From a bacterium (GTDB taxonomy: Bacteria > Cyanobacteriota > Vampirovibrionia > Gastranaerophilales > JBAXKC01), in the NCBI GenBank assembly GCA_037137535.1, contig JBAXKC010000004.1, positions 32,001 through 96,000 of the forward strand: 64,000 nucleotides of DNA. Direction: 5' to 3'. Shown piece after piece: positions 11,712 through 19,804 of this stretch; within the stretch, counting starts at the first letter, position 1, and the number at the start of each line of letters is the position of its first letter. Made by a program: the position numbers and the translations under genes. A model generated the notes under the pieces. The model saw nothing but the letters and a program-made list of their open reading frames with translations, was not told where the DNA came from and did no database searches.

Positions 11712-13394
11712 TTAAGCGCTTAAATTTATTGGCTTATGTGCTTCTTCAACCATTAATTCAAGTTCAACAATACCGGTATTTTGATCAACTTTTACAACTT
11801 TAAATTGAGAATTTCTAGGTAATAACAACTCACTTTCTGAAATTCCTTTTACGCCTGTTGACTCAATATCTAAAGCTTTTGCACCTTTAGGAACTTTAAT
11901 TTTCAGAGAATAACCTTGCCACTCATCACCATAGCCATTAAATGCCATAATTTCTTTTGGGTCATATGATGTTGAGGTGTATCCGTTGTCAGTATAAATC
12001 ATACCTTCCTTTAATTCATATGGATATTTATACTCAACTCCTCCAGCTTCAGGGAATACCTGTTTTTTAGCTACCCCTCTATATACAACTACATCTTGTG
12101 GACACTCTGATCGTTCAATTACTTTATCTAAATTATTAACGATATTATCTAATTGTTCTAATTTTTTTGCAGGTTGAGTTAAAATATCCTCAGCATCAAA
12201 AGCCCCTGTTTTTCTAGCATATGGATTAATATCTTGGTAATAATCACCTTTATACTTAGTCATAGCATCTAGTTCTTGTTTACTAAAGCTATCTTTATAC
12301 TGTTCTTTAAACTGTTGGTTCAAATTAGCGCGTTCCGATTTATTTAAAGGTTTATATCCATTTTGTTCACTGGAAAGATCTGAAATAAAGTCTTCTCTTC
12401 GTTTACGCATAGCCTCAGACTTAGCAATACGCTTAGCTTCATCCGCTTTTTGCTTAGCTTCGATTTCAGCCTTTTGTTTGGCTTCAATTTCTGCTTTTTG
12501 CTTAGCTTCAATTTCAGCCTTTTGTTTGGCTTCAATTTCTGCTTTTTGCTTAGCTTCGATTTCAGCCTTTTGCTTGGCTTTAATTTCTGCTTTTTGCTTA
12601 GCTTCGATTTCAGCCTTTTGCTTGGCTTCAATTTCTGCTTTTTGCTTAGCTTCGATTTCAGCCTTTTGCTTGGCTTCAACTTCTTTATTAACAGGTTTCG
12701 GATCTTCTACTTTAGTCTTTTTATTAATAAAAGGAAGTTGCGCTTTTAAATTTATCCATGCGCTACCATCTTTAAAGGCATTAAAAGATTTTGCCAAACT
12801 TGAAGGAGTTTCTTTAAAGGTTTGAATAACTGCTTCAAATGTATTCATTTTTGATACATCAGCAGCTATATTAGCTTGTTTAAGTACAGTTTTTGCGCCT
12901 GCAATAGATGGGATTAATGTAGTTGCAGCTGCTCCAATATCATAAAAGGCCTTTTCAACGTCATCGCCATCTTTTGCAGTTGCAATTTTATAAGCTGCCG
13001 TTCCCGCCTGAAAAACTCCTGTTGCAATACCTGCTGCGGCCATAAACGGAAGAATTGCCCCACCTGTTGCAACAGTTAAAGCTCCTGCGGCTGCCATCAT
13101 GCCGGCACCCATTACAAAATTTTGCGGACTACTAAACATTGAAGTAATAGGAGAAATTAAACCTTTTCCAAAATTTAACGCAGCTTCGCCGACATCAAAT
13201 TTTTTATTATTAGAAGAATTTATTTCTTCTTTAGATTCAGTATTATTTACAAAAATATCACTTGGCAGTTCTAAATTATTCATGTTAATTGTTTTTATAT
13301 TTTGCTCAGCAAAAGGGTTATAAGGCTGTGGTTGTATCACAGCCTTTTTATTAGAATTATAAGCGTTTAAAAGATTATTATTAAACGAAATCAT
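11712..13394 (-). CDS. Toxin/effector-like protein: Gly/Ala-rich hydrophobic region, EAKQKAEI repeats and C-terminal VIP2-type ADP-ribosyltransferase
   Basis: C-terminal VVYRG, YTSTS and ESELLLPRNS match the R-S-E motifs of C2/VIP2-class ARTs. Confidence 0.85.
   Translation of the reverse strand: MISFNNNLLNAYNSNKKAVIQPQPYNPFAEQNIKTINMNNLELPSDIFVNNTESKEEINSSNNKKFDVGEAALNFGKGLISPITSMFSSPQNFVMGAGMMAAAGALTVATGGAILPFMAAAGIATGVFQAGTAAYKIATAKDGDDVEKAFYDIGAAATTLIPSIAGAKTVLKQANIAADVSKMNTFEAVIQTFKETPSSLAKSFNAFKDGSAWINLKAQLPFINKKTKVEDPKPVNKEVEAKQKAEIEAKQKAEIEAKQKAEIEAKQKAEIKAKQKAEIEAKQKAEIEAKQKAEIEAKQKAEIEAKQKAEIEAKQKADEAKRIAKSEAMRKRREDFISDLSSEQNGYKPLNKSERANLNQQFKEQYKDSFSKQELDAMTKYKGDYYQDINPYARKTGAFDAEDILTQPAKKLEQLDNIVNNLDKVIERSECPQDVVVYRGVAKKQVFPEAGGVEYKYPYELKEGMIYTDNGYTSTSYDPKEIMAFNGYGDEWQGYSLKIKVPKGAKALDIESTGVKGISESELLLPRNSQFKVVKVDQNTGIVELELMVEEAHKPINLSA
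12445..12680 (-). repeat. Intragenic tandem repeat, ~10 x 24 bp (EAKQKAEI)
   Basis: Directly visible; codon variants alternate, giving a 48-bp higher-order period. Confidence 0.97.
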
Positions 13395-13504
13395 TCTTTA
13401 CCCCAATATAAAAACAATACATATTATGTATATATAAAAACAAAATATTTTAAAATATGACCCATGATTTGAATATAAACAGATAAATATTTACAATACT
13501 TAAT

Positions 13505-13540
13505 CATGCAAAAACCGCCATCTCTAGCGGTTTTACATGA
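13505..13540. terminator. Hairpin, probable terminator for the NfeD-SPFH operon
   Basis: AAAACCGC-N8-GCGGTTTT with extended CATG arms. Confidence 0.6.
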
Positions 13541-13562
13541 TTATTCAATTATCAATATTTAT

Positions 13563-14546
13563 CTATTTAGCTTGATTAAATAACTCTTTAATTCCACCGA
13601 GTGAACTTAAAACACCTGTTGCTTCATAAGGCATATAGACTGTTTTGCTCTTATCACCGCTTGAAATCTCTTTTAAAGTTTCAATGTATTTAATTGCAAC
13701 AAGATAATTCACAGGATCTCCTTTTTCTGAAATGGCCTCTGTAATCAGTTTAATAGCAGCTGATTCAGCCTGAGCAATTTTAATTTTAGCTTCCGCTTCA
13801 CCTTCTGCTCTTAAAATGGCTGAAGTTTTTTGACCTTGAGCTTTGTTAATGTCGGATTCTTTAATTCCTTCGGCTTTAAGAATTGCAGAGGTTTTTTCAC
13901 CTTCTGCCATCAAGATTGTTGCTCTTCTGTCTCTTTCAGCTCTCATCTGCTTTTCCATAGCATCTTGAATATCCTTAGGAGGAACAATATCTTGAATTTC
14001 AACTCTATTAACTTTTACGCCCCATTTATGTGTTGCTTCGTCAAGAATAGTTTTCAATTTAAGGTTAATTGTATCTCTTGAAACAAGCGTTCCATCAAGG
14101 TCAAGCTCACCTATAACGTTTCTTAGAGTTGTTTGAGTAAGTTTTTCTATTGCTTCAGGTAAATTAGCAATTTCATAAACCGCTCTTACGGGGTCAATAA
14201 TTTGAAAATAAAGTAATGCATTTATGCCAATTGAAATATTGTCTTTTGTTATAACATTCTGACGAGGAAAATCAAAAACAGCTTCTCTTAAATCAATTAC
14301 TGTAGCCTGTTGAGTAACAATATAAGTTGCTCCCGAAAAATCTGCTTTAGTCGTACGTCTGTGCATAGGTCTCGGAGAGTCAATAATCGGCCAGATTATT
14401 CTTATACCGCTCTCTAAAGTTCTATGGTAAGACCCTAATCTTTCAATGATCATAACTTCTGCCTGCTTTACGACTTTTACGCCTTTAGAAACAAAAATAG
14501 CAACGGCAATTATGATAAGAAAAAATATAAAACCGCCAAAATCCAT
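13563..14546 (-). CDS. SPFH/band 7 (stomatin, QmcA-like) protein
   Basis: N-terminal TM; QNVITKDN, TTLRNVIG and MEKQMRAER motifs. Confidence 0.93.
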   Translation of the reverse strand: MDFGGFIFFLIIIAVAIFVSKGVKVVKQAEVMIIERLGSYHRTLESGIRIIWPIIDSPRPMHRRTTKADFSGATYIVTQQATVIDLREAVFDFPRQNVITKDNISIGINALLYFQIIDPVRAVYEIANLPEAIEKLTQTTLRNVIGELDLDGTLVSRDTINLKLKTILDEATHKWGVKVNRVEIQDIVPPKDIQDAMEKQMRAERDRRATILMAEGEKTSAILKAEGIKESDINKAQGQKTSAILRAEGEAEAKIKIAQAESAAIKLITEAISEKGDPVNYLVAIKYIETLKEISSGDKSKTVYMPYEATGVLSSLGGIKELFNQAK

Positions 14547-14548
14547 GA

Positions 14549-14995
14549 TTATTCTCCTTTAACTGCTTTCCCTACAATAAGATTAATACTTTCAATGTTT
14601 AATACTTCGATTATTTCGCCCTCTTCAATTGATTCTCCTGATAAAGAAAGAGCTTTCCAATCTTCACCTTCGACATTTACTCTACCACTATTTGTTGTGT
14701 TTTCAATTCTTATAGTGACTCTACCCTTTTTACCAATTAAAGCGGCAGGCCCTGTAATAACTTCATGATTTGCAGTAGAAAAATATTTTTGAACAACAGG
14801 ACGTAATGAGAAAAATATGACAAAACTTGAAACGCAAAAAACTAATACTTGAATTAGAAGATTTAAACCTATATAAGCAACTAAGCCTGTTATTATGCAA
14901 GAGACTCCAAAACTGAACAAAAAGAAACCAGGAACAATCATCTCTAAAACCAATAAAATTATCCCAGCAGAAAGCCAATAGTGCCAATAATCCAT
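14549..14995 (-). CDS. NfeD-family membrane protein
   Basis: Three TM segments plus OB-fold GRVNVEGEDWKA; canonical pairing with SPFH. Confidence 0.9.
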   Translation of the reverse strand: MDYWHYWLSAGIILLVLEMIVPGFFLFSFGVSCIITGLVAYIGLNLLIQVLVFCVSSFVIFFSLRPVVQKYFSTANHEVITGPAALIGKKGRVTIRIENTTNSGRVNVEGEDWKALSLSGESIEEGEIIEVLNIESINLIVGKAVKGE

Positions 14996-15227
14996 AATTT
15001 AACCTTTCAATAACCAATAGCCATTTAAAGAGAGATTATACCATTTTTTTTTCAAATACAGTAGTGGGTATAAATTAAAAACTATACAAAGAATATAAAA
15101 CCAACTTAATATACATACAGTACGGCTGTTGAATAAATAAATGTTTATCGTATTATGATTAGAGTGTTTAAGAACTTTGACAAAATATTTATGTAGAATA
15201 GTTTGCCTCAAAAAATTGGTGTTTATC

Positions 15228-15887
15228 ATGGAAAGTCTTATAAAAAATTCTAAAATAGTTACTTCTTTGGAAAATAAAAAAGTTTTCGCAGTTATTAGAG
15301 CTAAAAGTCTTTCAAAAGCTTTGGATATTTCTAATGCTTTGATAGATGGCGGAATAAAAGTCATAGAGCTTTGCATGAATTGCGACTATGATGCAGCAGA
15401 AGCAATTAAGGTGCTTTCAGGAACAAGTGGAATAACCGTTGCGGCAGGCTCAGTTGTAACAGCAGAACAAGCAAACAGAGCCCTTGACGCAGGAGCAACT
15501 TTTATTGCATCACCAGTATTAGAAAACAGAATCATTAAACAATGCAAATGGAGAAAAGTGCCTGTTATTATGGGAGCTTCAACTCCGACAGAAATTTACA
15601 ACGCCTGGAAACTTGGCGTTGACATTATAAAAGTTTATCCTGCAGAACCTCTTGGCGGACCTCTTTATATTAGAAATATTCTTACACCTATGCCCTTCTT
15701 ACGTTTAATGCCAACAGGCGGAGTAAATATTGATAATTTCATCGAATATTTAGAAGCAGGAGCAGCAGCAGTAGGATTAGGGCATACTTTTTACGGCGAA
15801 GAAAGTGACCTTAAAGTAATAACAAAAAAAGCCGAAATAGTTGCAAAACAACTGGATGAATACCTTAAAAATCAAAATAAAGCATGA
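15228..15887 (+). CDS. eda: KDPG/KHG aldolase
   Basis: AVIRA, GASTPTEI, IKVYPA and MPTGGV motifs; start moved to ATG 15228. Confidence 0.9.
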   Translation: MESLIKNSKIVTSLENKKVFAVIRAKSLSKALDISNALIDGGIKVIELCMNCDYDAAEAIKVLSGTSGITVAAGSVVTAEQANRALDAGATFIASPVLENRIIKQCKWRKVPVIMGASTPTEIYNAWKLGVDIIKVYPAEPLGGPLYIRNILTPMPFLRLMPTGGVNIDNFIEYLEAGAAAVGLGHTFYGEESDLKVITKKAEIVAKQLDEYLKNQNKA

Positions 15888-15917
15888 GTTTATTTAAGCG
15901 GAGCTTTCTTATAAAAA

Positions 15918-16856
15918 ATGAGTGATAGTATAGATATTATTTCAATGGGTGAATGCCTGATAGAACTTTCCACAGATGAAAGCATGAAATATGCTGAGGT
16001 TTTCCATAAATATTTTGGTGGTGATACACTTAATACAATGGTTGCAGCGGCAAGAATGGGCTCTAAAGTAGGCTATATAACCAAAATAGGAAATGATTCA
16101 TTTAAAGATTATTTAATTGATGCTATTAATTCAGAAGATATAAACACAAGTTATATAAAACTCGTAGAGGGAACTAACGGGCTTTATATGCTATCAAGGC
16201 AAAAAAGCGGCAAAAAAGAGTTTGCATATTATCGTAAAAAGAGTGCAGCTACATCATTATCAATAGATGATATTGATGATGAATACATAGAACAAGCCTC
16301 AATCGTTTATGCAACAGGAATAACACAATCATTATCTAATTCTTCAAAAAATGCCGTTCACAAAATGTTTTCAATTGCAAAAGAAAAACAGTGTAAAGTG
16401 GCTTACGATCCAAACTATAGACCACTTCTCTGGAGTGCTGACGAAGGAAAAGAGTCCTTAAATGATATTATAGAATATGTAGATATAATATTTTTAAGTG
16501 ATAAACTTGACGGAGAAAAACTCCTTGGAATTTCTTCCCCTGATAAACTGATAAAACACTTTTGGGACTTAGGCGTTCAAATTGTAGTTGTAAAAATGAG
16601 CGACTATGGCAGCACTATAGGCTATAATGGCGAAATAAGATTTATTCCTGCGTATAATGTTGAAACAGTAGACGTTACAGGAGCAGGCGATGCATATAAC
16701 GGCGGGTTTTTACACGGAATAGTTTCAGGTTATAACCCTTTTGAAGCAGCTGCGCTTGCAGCAGTAGTTGCAGGATTGCAAGTACAAGGGCTGGGAGCAA
16801 TAAGATCAATACCTAACAGAAAAGATGTTATGTCTATTCTTGAAAAAAAATCATAA
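15918..16856 (+). CDS. kdgK: PfkB-family sugar kinase (2-keto-3-deoxygluconate kinase-like)
   Basis: GECLIE, FGGDTLN, YDPNYR and DVTGAGDAYNGG motifs; adjacent to eda. Confidence 0.8.
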   Translation: MSDSIDIISMGECLIELSTDESMKYAEVFHKYFGGDTLNTMVAAARMGSKVGYITKIGNDSFKDYLIDAINSEDINTSYIKLVEGTNGLYMLSRQKSGKKEFAYYRKKSAATSLSIDDIDDEYIEQASIVYATGITQSLSNSSKNAVHKMFSIAKEKQCKVAYDPNYRPLLWSADEGKESLNDIIEYVDIIFLSDKLDGEKLLGISSPDKLIKHFWDLGVQIVVVKMSDYGSTIGYNGEIRFIPAYNVETVDVTGAGDAYNGGFLHGIVSGYNPFEAAALAAVVAGLQVQGLGAIRSIPNRKDVMSILEKKS

Positions 16857-16966
16857 ATCCTATACACCTACAACTTTAGTTTTAACTTTAAGATTTAATT
16901 ATTCATGTTTTATTAAATATGATTTAAAATTAACTTAACTTGTTACCTATATTTAAGGAGCTTTTT

Positions 16967-17587
16967 ATGTTTAACCGTAAATGCAAAATCATTTTCATAA
17001 GACATGGTTCAACAATTTATACTGATCAAAACAGGCTGTATGATACTGATGATTATCCACCATTAAACGCTCAAGGACGATTAGAAATTGAAAAAATAAA
17101 TAACTGGCTAAAAAATTCTAACCAAAAAATAGACAGAATTTATTCAAGTTCTGCTTTAAGATCCGTTCAAAGTGCCAGAATAATAGCTCAAGGCTTGAAA
17201 AAAAATGTTGATGTCGTTGAGGGATTATTAGAAAGAAGACCTGGAATATGGGGCGGCTTGACCTTCGGGCAAATTGAAAATAAATATCCTGATATGCTTG
17301 AAGAATATCATAAAAACCCTTCTACCTTTTGGCCTGAAGGTGGAGAAACAACCATTTCCGTAAATGAAAGAGTAAAAACCGTTATTGATAAAATAGTTGA
17401 AGAAAATTTATACAAAAGAATTGTAATAGTTACCCACGGAGGAGTTATTCAATCAGCTATAAGTTCAGCTTTAGGAGTTGCCCCCGAACTTCAGGGAAGA
17501 CTTTATATCCCTACAGGGTCTGCAACACAAATCAATTATTACCATGACTGGCAAAGTTTGGTATTCTCGGCGTATACATCTGTTTAA
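16967..17587 (+). CDS. Histidine phosphatase superfamily protein
   Basis: RHG and THGG motifs; AAGGAG precedes ATG 16967. Confidence 0.88.
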   Translation: MFNRKCKIIFIRHGSTIYTDQNRLYDTDDYPPLNAQGRLEIEKINNWLKNSNQKIDRIYSSSALRSVQSARIIAQGLKKNVDVVEGLLERRPGIWGGLTFGQIENKYPDMLEEYHKNPSTFWPEGGETTISVNERVKTVIDKIVEENLYKRIVIVTHGGVIQSAISSALGVAPELQGRLYIPTGSATQINYYHDWQSLVFSAYTSV

Positions 17588-17598
17588 ATGGAGAAACA

Positions 17599-18405
17599 AT
17601 GAACAAAACTGTAGAATTTATTCAAAATCAAATTAAAGAACACAATTTCAAACCCGAAACAGCAATTATTTTAGGCTCAGGCCTTGGTGATTTTGCTGAA
17701 AAAATCAACGGTGTAAGAATAAATTTTTCTGACATTCCCGGATTTGCAGCATCTTCAGTGGCAGGACATGCAGGAAAGCTAATTATAGGGGAATTATTCG
17801 GCAAACATGTTCTTGCGATGCAAGGAAGATTTCATTTTTATGAAGGTCACTCCCTTGAAAAAGTTATCTACCCTATCAGAATAATGAAACTTCTCGGAAT
17901 TAAAAACCTTATCGTTACAAACGCAGCCGGTGGTGTAAATACAGAATATAAACCCGGTGATCTTATGGTAATTAATGACCATATTAACTTCATAGGAACA
18001 AATCCATTAATCGGCAAAAACTTTGATGAATTTGGACCTAGATTCCCCGATATGTCAAAAGCATACGCTGATAGTCTGATTGAACTTGCTAACAAATCAG
18101 GTGAAAAACTTGGTATTAAATTGCAAAACGGTGTATATGCTGCTCTTACCGGACCATCATACGAAACACCTGCTGAAATAAGAATGCTTAGACTTTTAGG
18201 AGCTGATGCCGTTGGAATGTCAACTGTTCCTGAAGTTATAGCAGCTAATCACTGCGGAATGAACGTACTGGGCATTTCCTGCATAACAAACATGGCTTGT
18301 GGCATTTTAGACCAACCTTTAAACCATGAAGAAGTTATTGAAACATCAAACATGGCAAAAGCTTCTTTCATCGGGCTAATAAGTGAAGTAATAAAAAATA
18401 TTTAA
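17599..18405 (+). CDS. punA: Purine nucleoside phosphorylase (trimeric type)
   Basis: ILGSGLG, GRFHFYEG, GPSYETPAE and GMSTVPE motifs. Confidence 0.95.
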   Translation: MNKTVEFIQNQIKEHNFKPETAIILGSGLGDFAEKINGVRINFSDIPGFAASSVAGHAGKLIIGELFGKHVLAMQGRFHFYEGHSLEKVIYPIRIMKLLGIKNLIVTNAAGGVNTEYKPGDLMVINDHINFIGTNPLIGKNFDEFGPRFPDMSKAYADSLIELANKSGEKLGIKLQNGVYAALTGPSYETPAEIRMLRLLGADAVGMSTVPEVIAANHCGMNVLGISCITNMACGILDQPLNHEEVIETSNMAKASFIGLISEVIKNI

Positions 18406-18433
18406 GTTTTGTAAACTTATTAATATAAAATCC

Positions 18434-18460
18434 TAAAGTTTTAAGGAGAGAGGTCGATAA
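18434..18460 (+). promoter_or_regulatory. Sigma-28 (FliA/SigD)-type promoter, unit 1
   Basis: TAAA-N15-GTCGATAA, one mismatch to the TAAA-N15-GCCGATAA consensus. Confidence 0.7.
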
Positions 18461-18467
18461 ATAATAT

Positions 18468-18543
18468 ATAGACCAAACAAATGGTCATACCCCAACCTCC
18501 TCCCCAAAGTCTGGTAGCCGCCCAAAAAGGTGGCTTTTATTTT
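18468..18543 (+). ncRNA. Candidate anti-SD small RNA, copy 1
   Basis: Between promoter and terminator: GACCA/TGGTC hairpin, TACCCCAA-CCTCCTCCCC, then AGCCGCC/GGTGGCT hairpin and T-tract. Confidence 0.65.
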
Positions 18544-18594
18544 GCCTTTTTTTAGACTCGCATTAAGTTTTGTTAACAAACTAAAATAAAACCC

Positions 18595-18621
18595 TAAAGT
18601 TTTTTAAAAAACTGCCGATAA
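18595..18621 (+). promoter_or_regulatory. Sigma-28-type promoter, unit 2
   Basis: Perfect TAAA-N15-GCCGATAA, preceded by the palindrome TTTGTTAACAAA. Confidence 0.8.
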
Positions 18622-18628
18622 ATATTAC

Positions 18629-18704
18629 ATAGACCAAACAAATGGTCATACCCCAACCTCCTCCCCAAAGTCTGGTAGCCGCCCAATAAGGTGGCTTTTA
18701 TTTT
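18629..18704 (+). ncRNA. Candidate anti-SD small RNA, copy 2
   Basis: Same core as copy 1; differs only in the terminator loop. Confidence 0.65.
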
Positions 18705-18755
18705 GCCTTTTTTTAGACTCGCATTAAGTTTTGTTAACAAACTAAAATAAAACCC

Positions 18756-18782
18756 TAAAGTTTTTTAAAAAACTGCCGATAA
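18756..18782 (+). promoter_or_regulatory. Sigma-28-type promoter, unit 3
   Basis: Perfect TAAA-N15-GCCGATAA. Confidence 0.8.
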
Positions 18783-18789
18783 ATATTAC

Positions 18790-18865
18790 ATAGACCAAAC
18801 AAATGGTCATACCCCAACCTCCTCCCCAAAGTCTGGTAGCCGCCCAATAAGGTGGCTTTTATTTT
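18790..18865 (+). ncRNA. Candidate anti-SD small RNA, copy 3
   Basis: Identical to copy 2. Confidence 0.65.
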
Positions 18866-19046
18866 GCGTTTTTTTATACAAATATCATGCCAAATACATA
18901 GTGATTAAACTGTTTTTTACAATATAACTACTTAAATTATAGATATAAGACAAAAAAGGATATCTTGTAAAATCATGGACAATTATTTTATACAATAATT
19001 AGAGCAACTACTAATTGTTTTTAAACCAACTAATAGGAGAAAAATA

Positions 19047-19763
19047 ATGGCATTTAAAATGGAAAAAATGACAGAAGCAGATATAGCGTACTATAACTCA
19101 TTTGAATTTAAAAACGTTGCTTTTGGCAGTATAAAATATGACCCTCCGTTATTACCTCCACCACGAAACTTTGTAGTTGAGGAGGGGGTAGGAATAAGCA
19201 CAACTGCTTGGATCGTAGATAAAGAACGCAATGCATTTGTACGAGGAGTAGGAGGTGGGGGACATGGAATGCCTGAATTTCAAGTCCTTGTATGGAACGG
19301 TGACGTAATAATATGTTCTTTTTATGAAAAATATACGAAGAATCTTAAGGAGTTTAATTTCTGGTGGATTCAAGCACCAAAGCACCTTCAGAGCGAAGAA
19401 AACAGTAAAGAAATAATAAATATGATAAAAGAAGCTCTTATTCTTGAAGGTACAGGAATTAGCATACCGGCAGGCGCTTTAAATGATCAAGATTATGCCT
19501 GGCTTTACTCTATAGAGTTTAATAATGAAAAACCTTTGACTGGGCTTGTTTCTACAAAAGAATTGAAAAAAGACGACCCTGAAATAAAAAGTAAAATAAA
19601 GCAGGTACTTGAGAAGTGTATAAATAATCCTGACGTTCCTCAAGATTTATTAGAAACTCAAAATTATTCATTAAAACCAAAAAAATTCACTTTTAATGAA
19701 ATGGGAGTAGGATTCCGCCTTAATCCTCAAGATTATAAAAATAATTATATGCTTAGGGATTAA
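19047..19763 (+). CDS. Hypothetical protein
   Basis: 238-aa ORF with AGGAG RBS; no family confidently recognised. Confidence 0.8.
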   Translation: MAFKMEKMTEADIAYYNSFEFKNVAFGSIKYDPPLLPPPRNFVVEEGVGISTTAWIVDKERNAFVRGVGGGGHGMPEFQVLVWNGDVIICSFYEKYTKNLKEFNFWWIQAPKHLQSEENSKEIINMIKEALILEGTGISIPAGALNDQDYAWLYSIEFNNEKPLTGLVSTKELKKDDPEIKSKIKQVLEKCINNPDVPQDLLETQNYSLKPKKFTFNEMGVGFRLNPQDYKNNYMLRD

Positions 19764-19804
19764 ATTACAGACTAAAAAGAATTGATTTGTAAATAATATC
19801 AATC

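Larger units (their letters stand above)
18403..18867 (+). repeat. Tandem array of three 161-bp units
   Basis: Landmarks recur at exactly +161 (TAAA at 18434/18595/18756; CCTCCTCCCC at 18496/18657/18818). Units 2 and 3 are essentially identical; unit 1 differs upstream but keeps the core. Confidence 0.97.

Noticed and set aside
12344-12825. Alternative-frame ORFs over the 24-bp repeat
   Set aside because: By-products of a stop-free tandem repeat inside the ART gene.
15177-15199. Sigma-70 promoter for eda (TTGACA...TAGAAT)
   Set aside because: The spacer is only 11 bp.
18403-18867. CRISPR array
   Set aside because: Units are 161 bp with no unique spacers (units 2 and 3 are the same), and no cas genes are in the window.
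18403-19763. Type III toxin-antitoxin (ToxIN/CptIN/TenpIN)
   Set aside because: Those have short repeats under one promoter with one terminator before the toxin. Here each unit has its own promoter and terminator, and I see no ToxN resemblance in the ORF.
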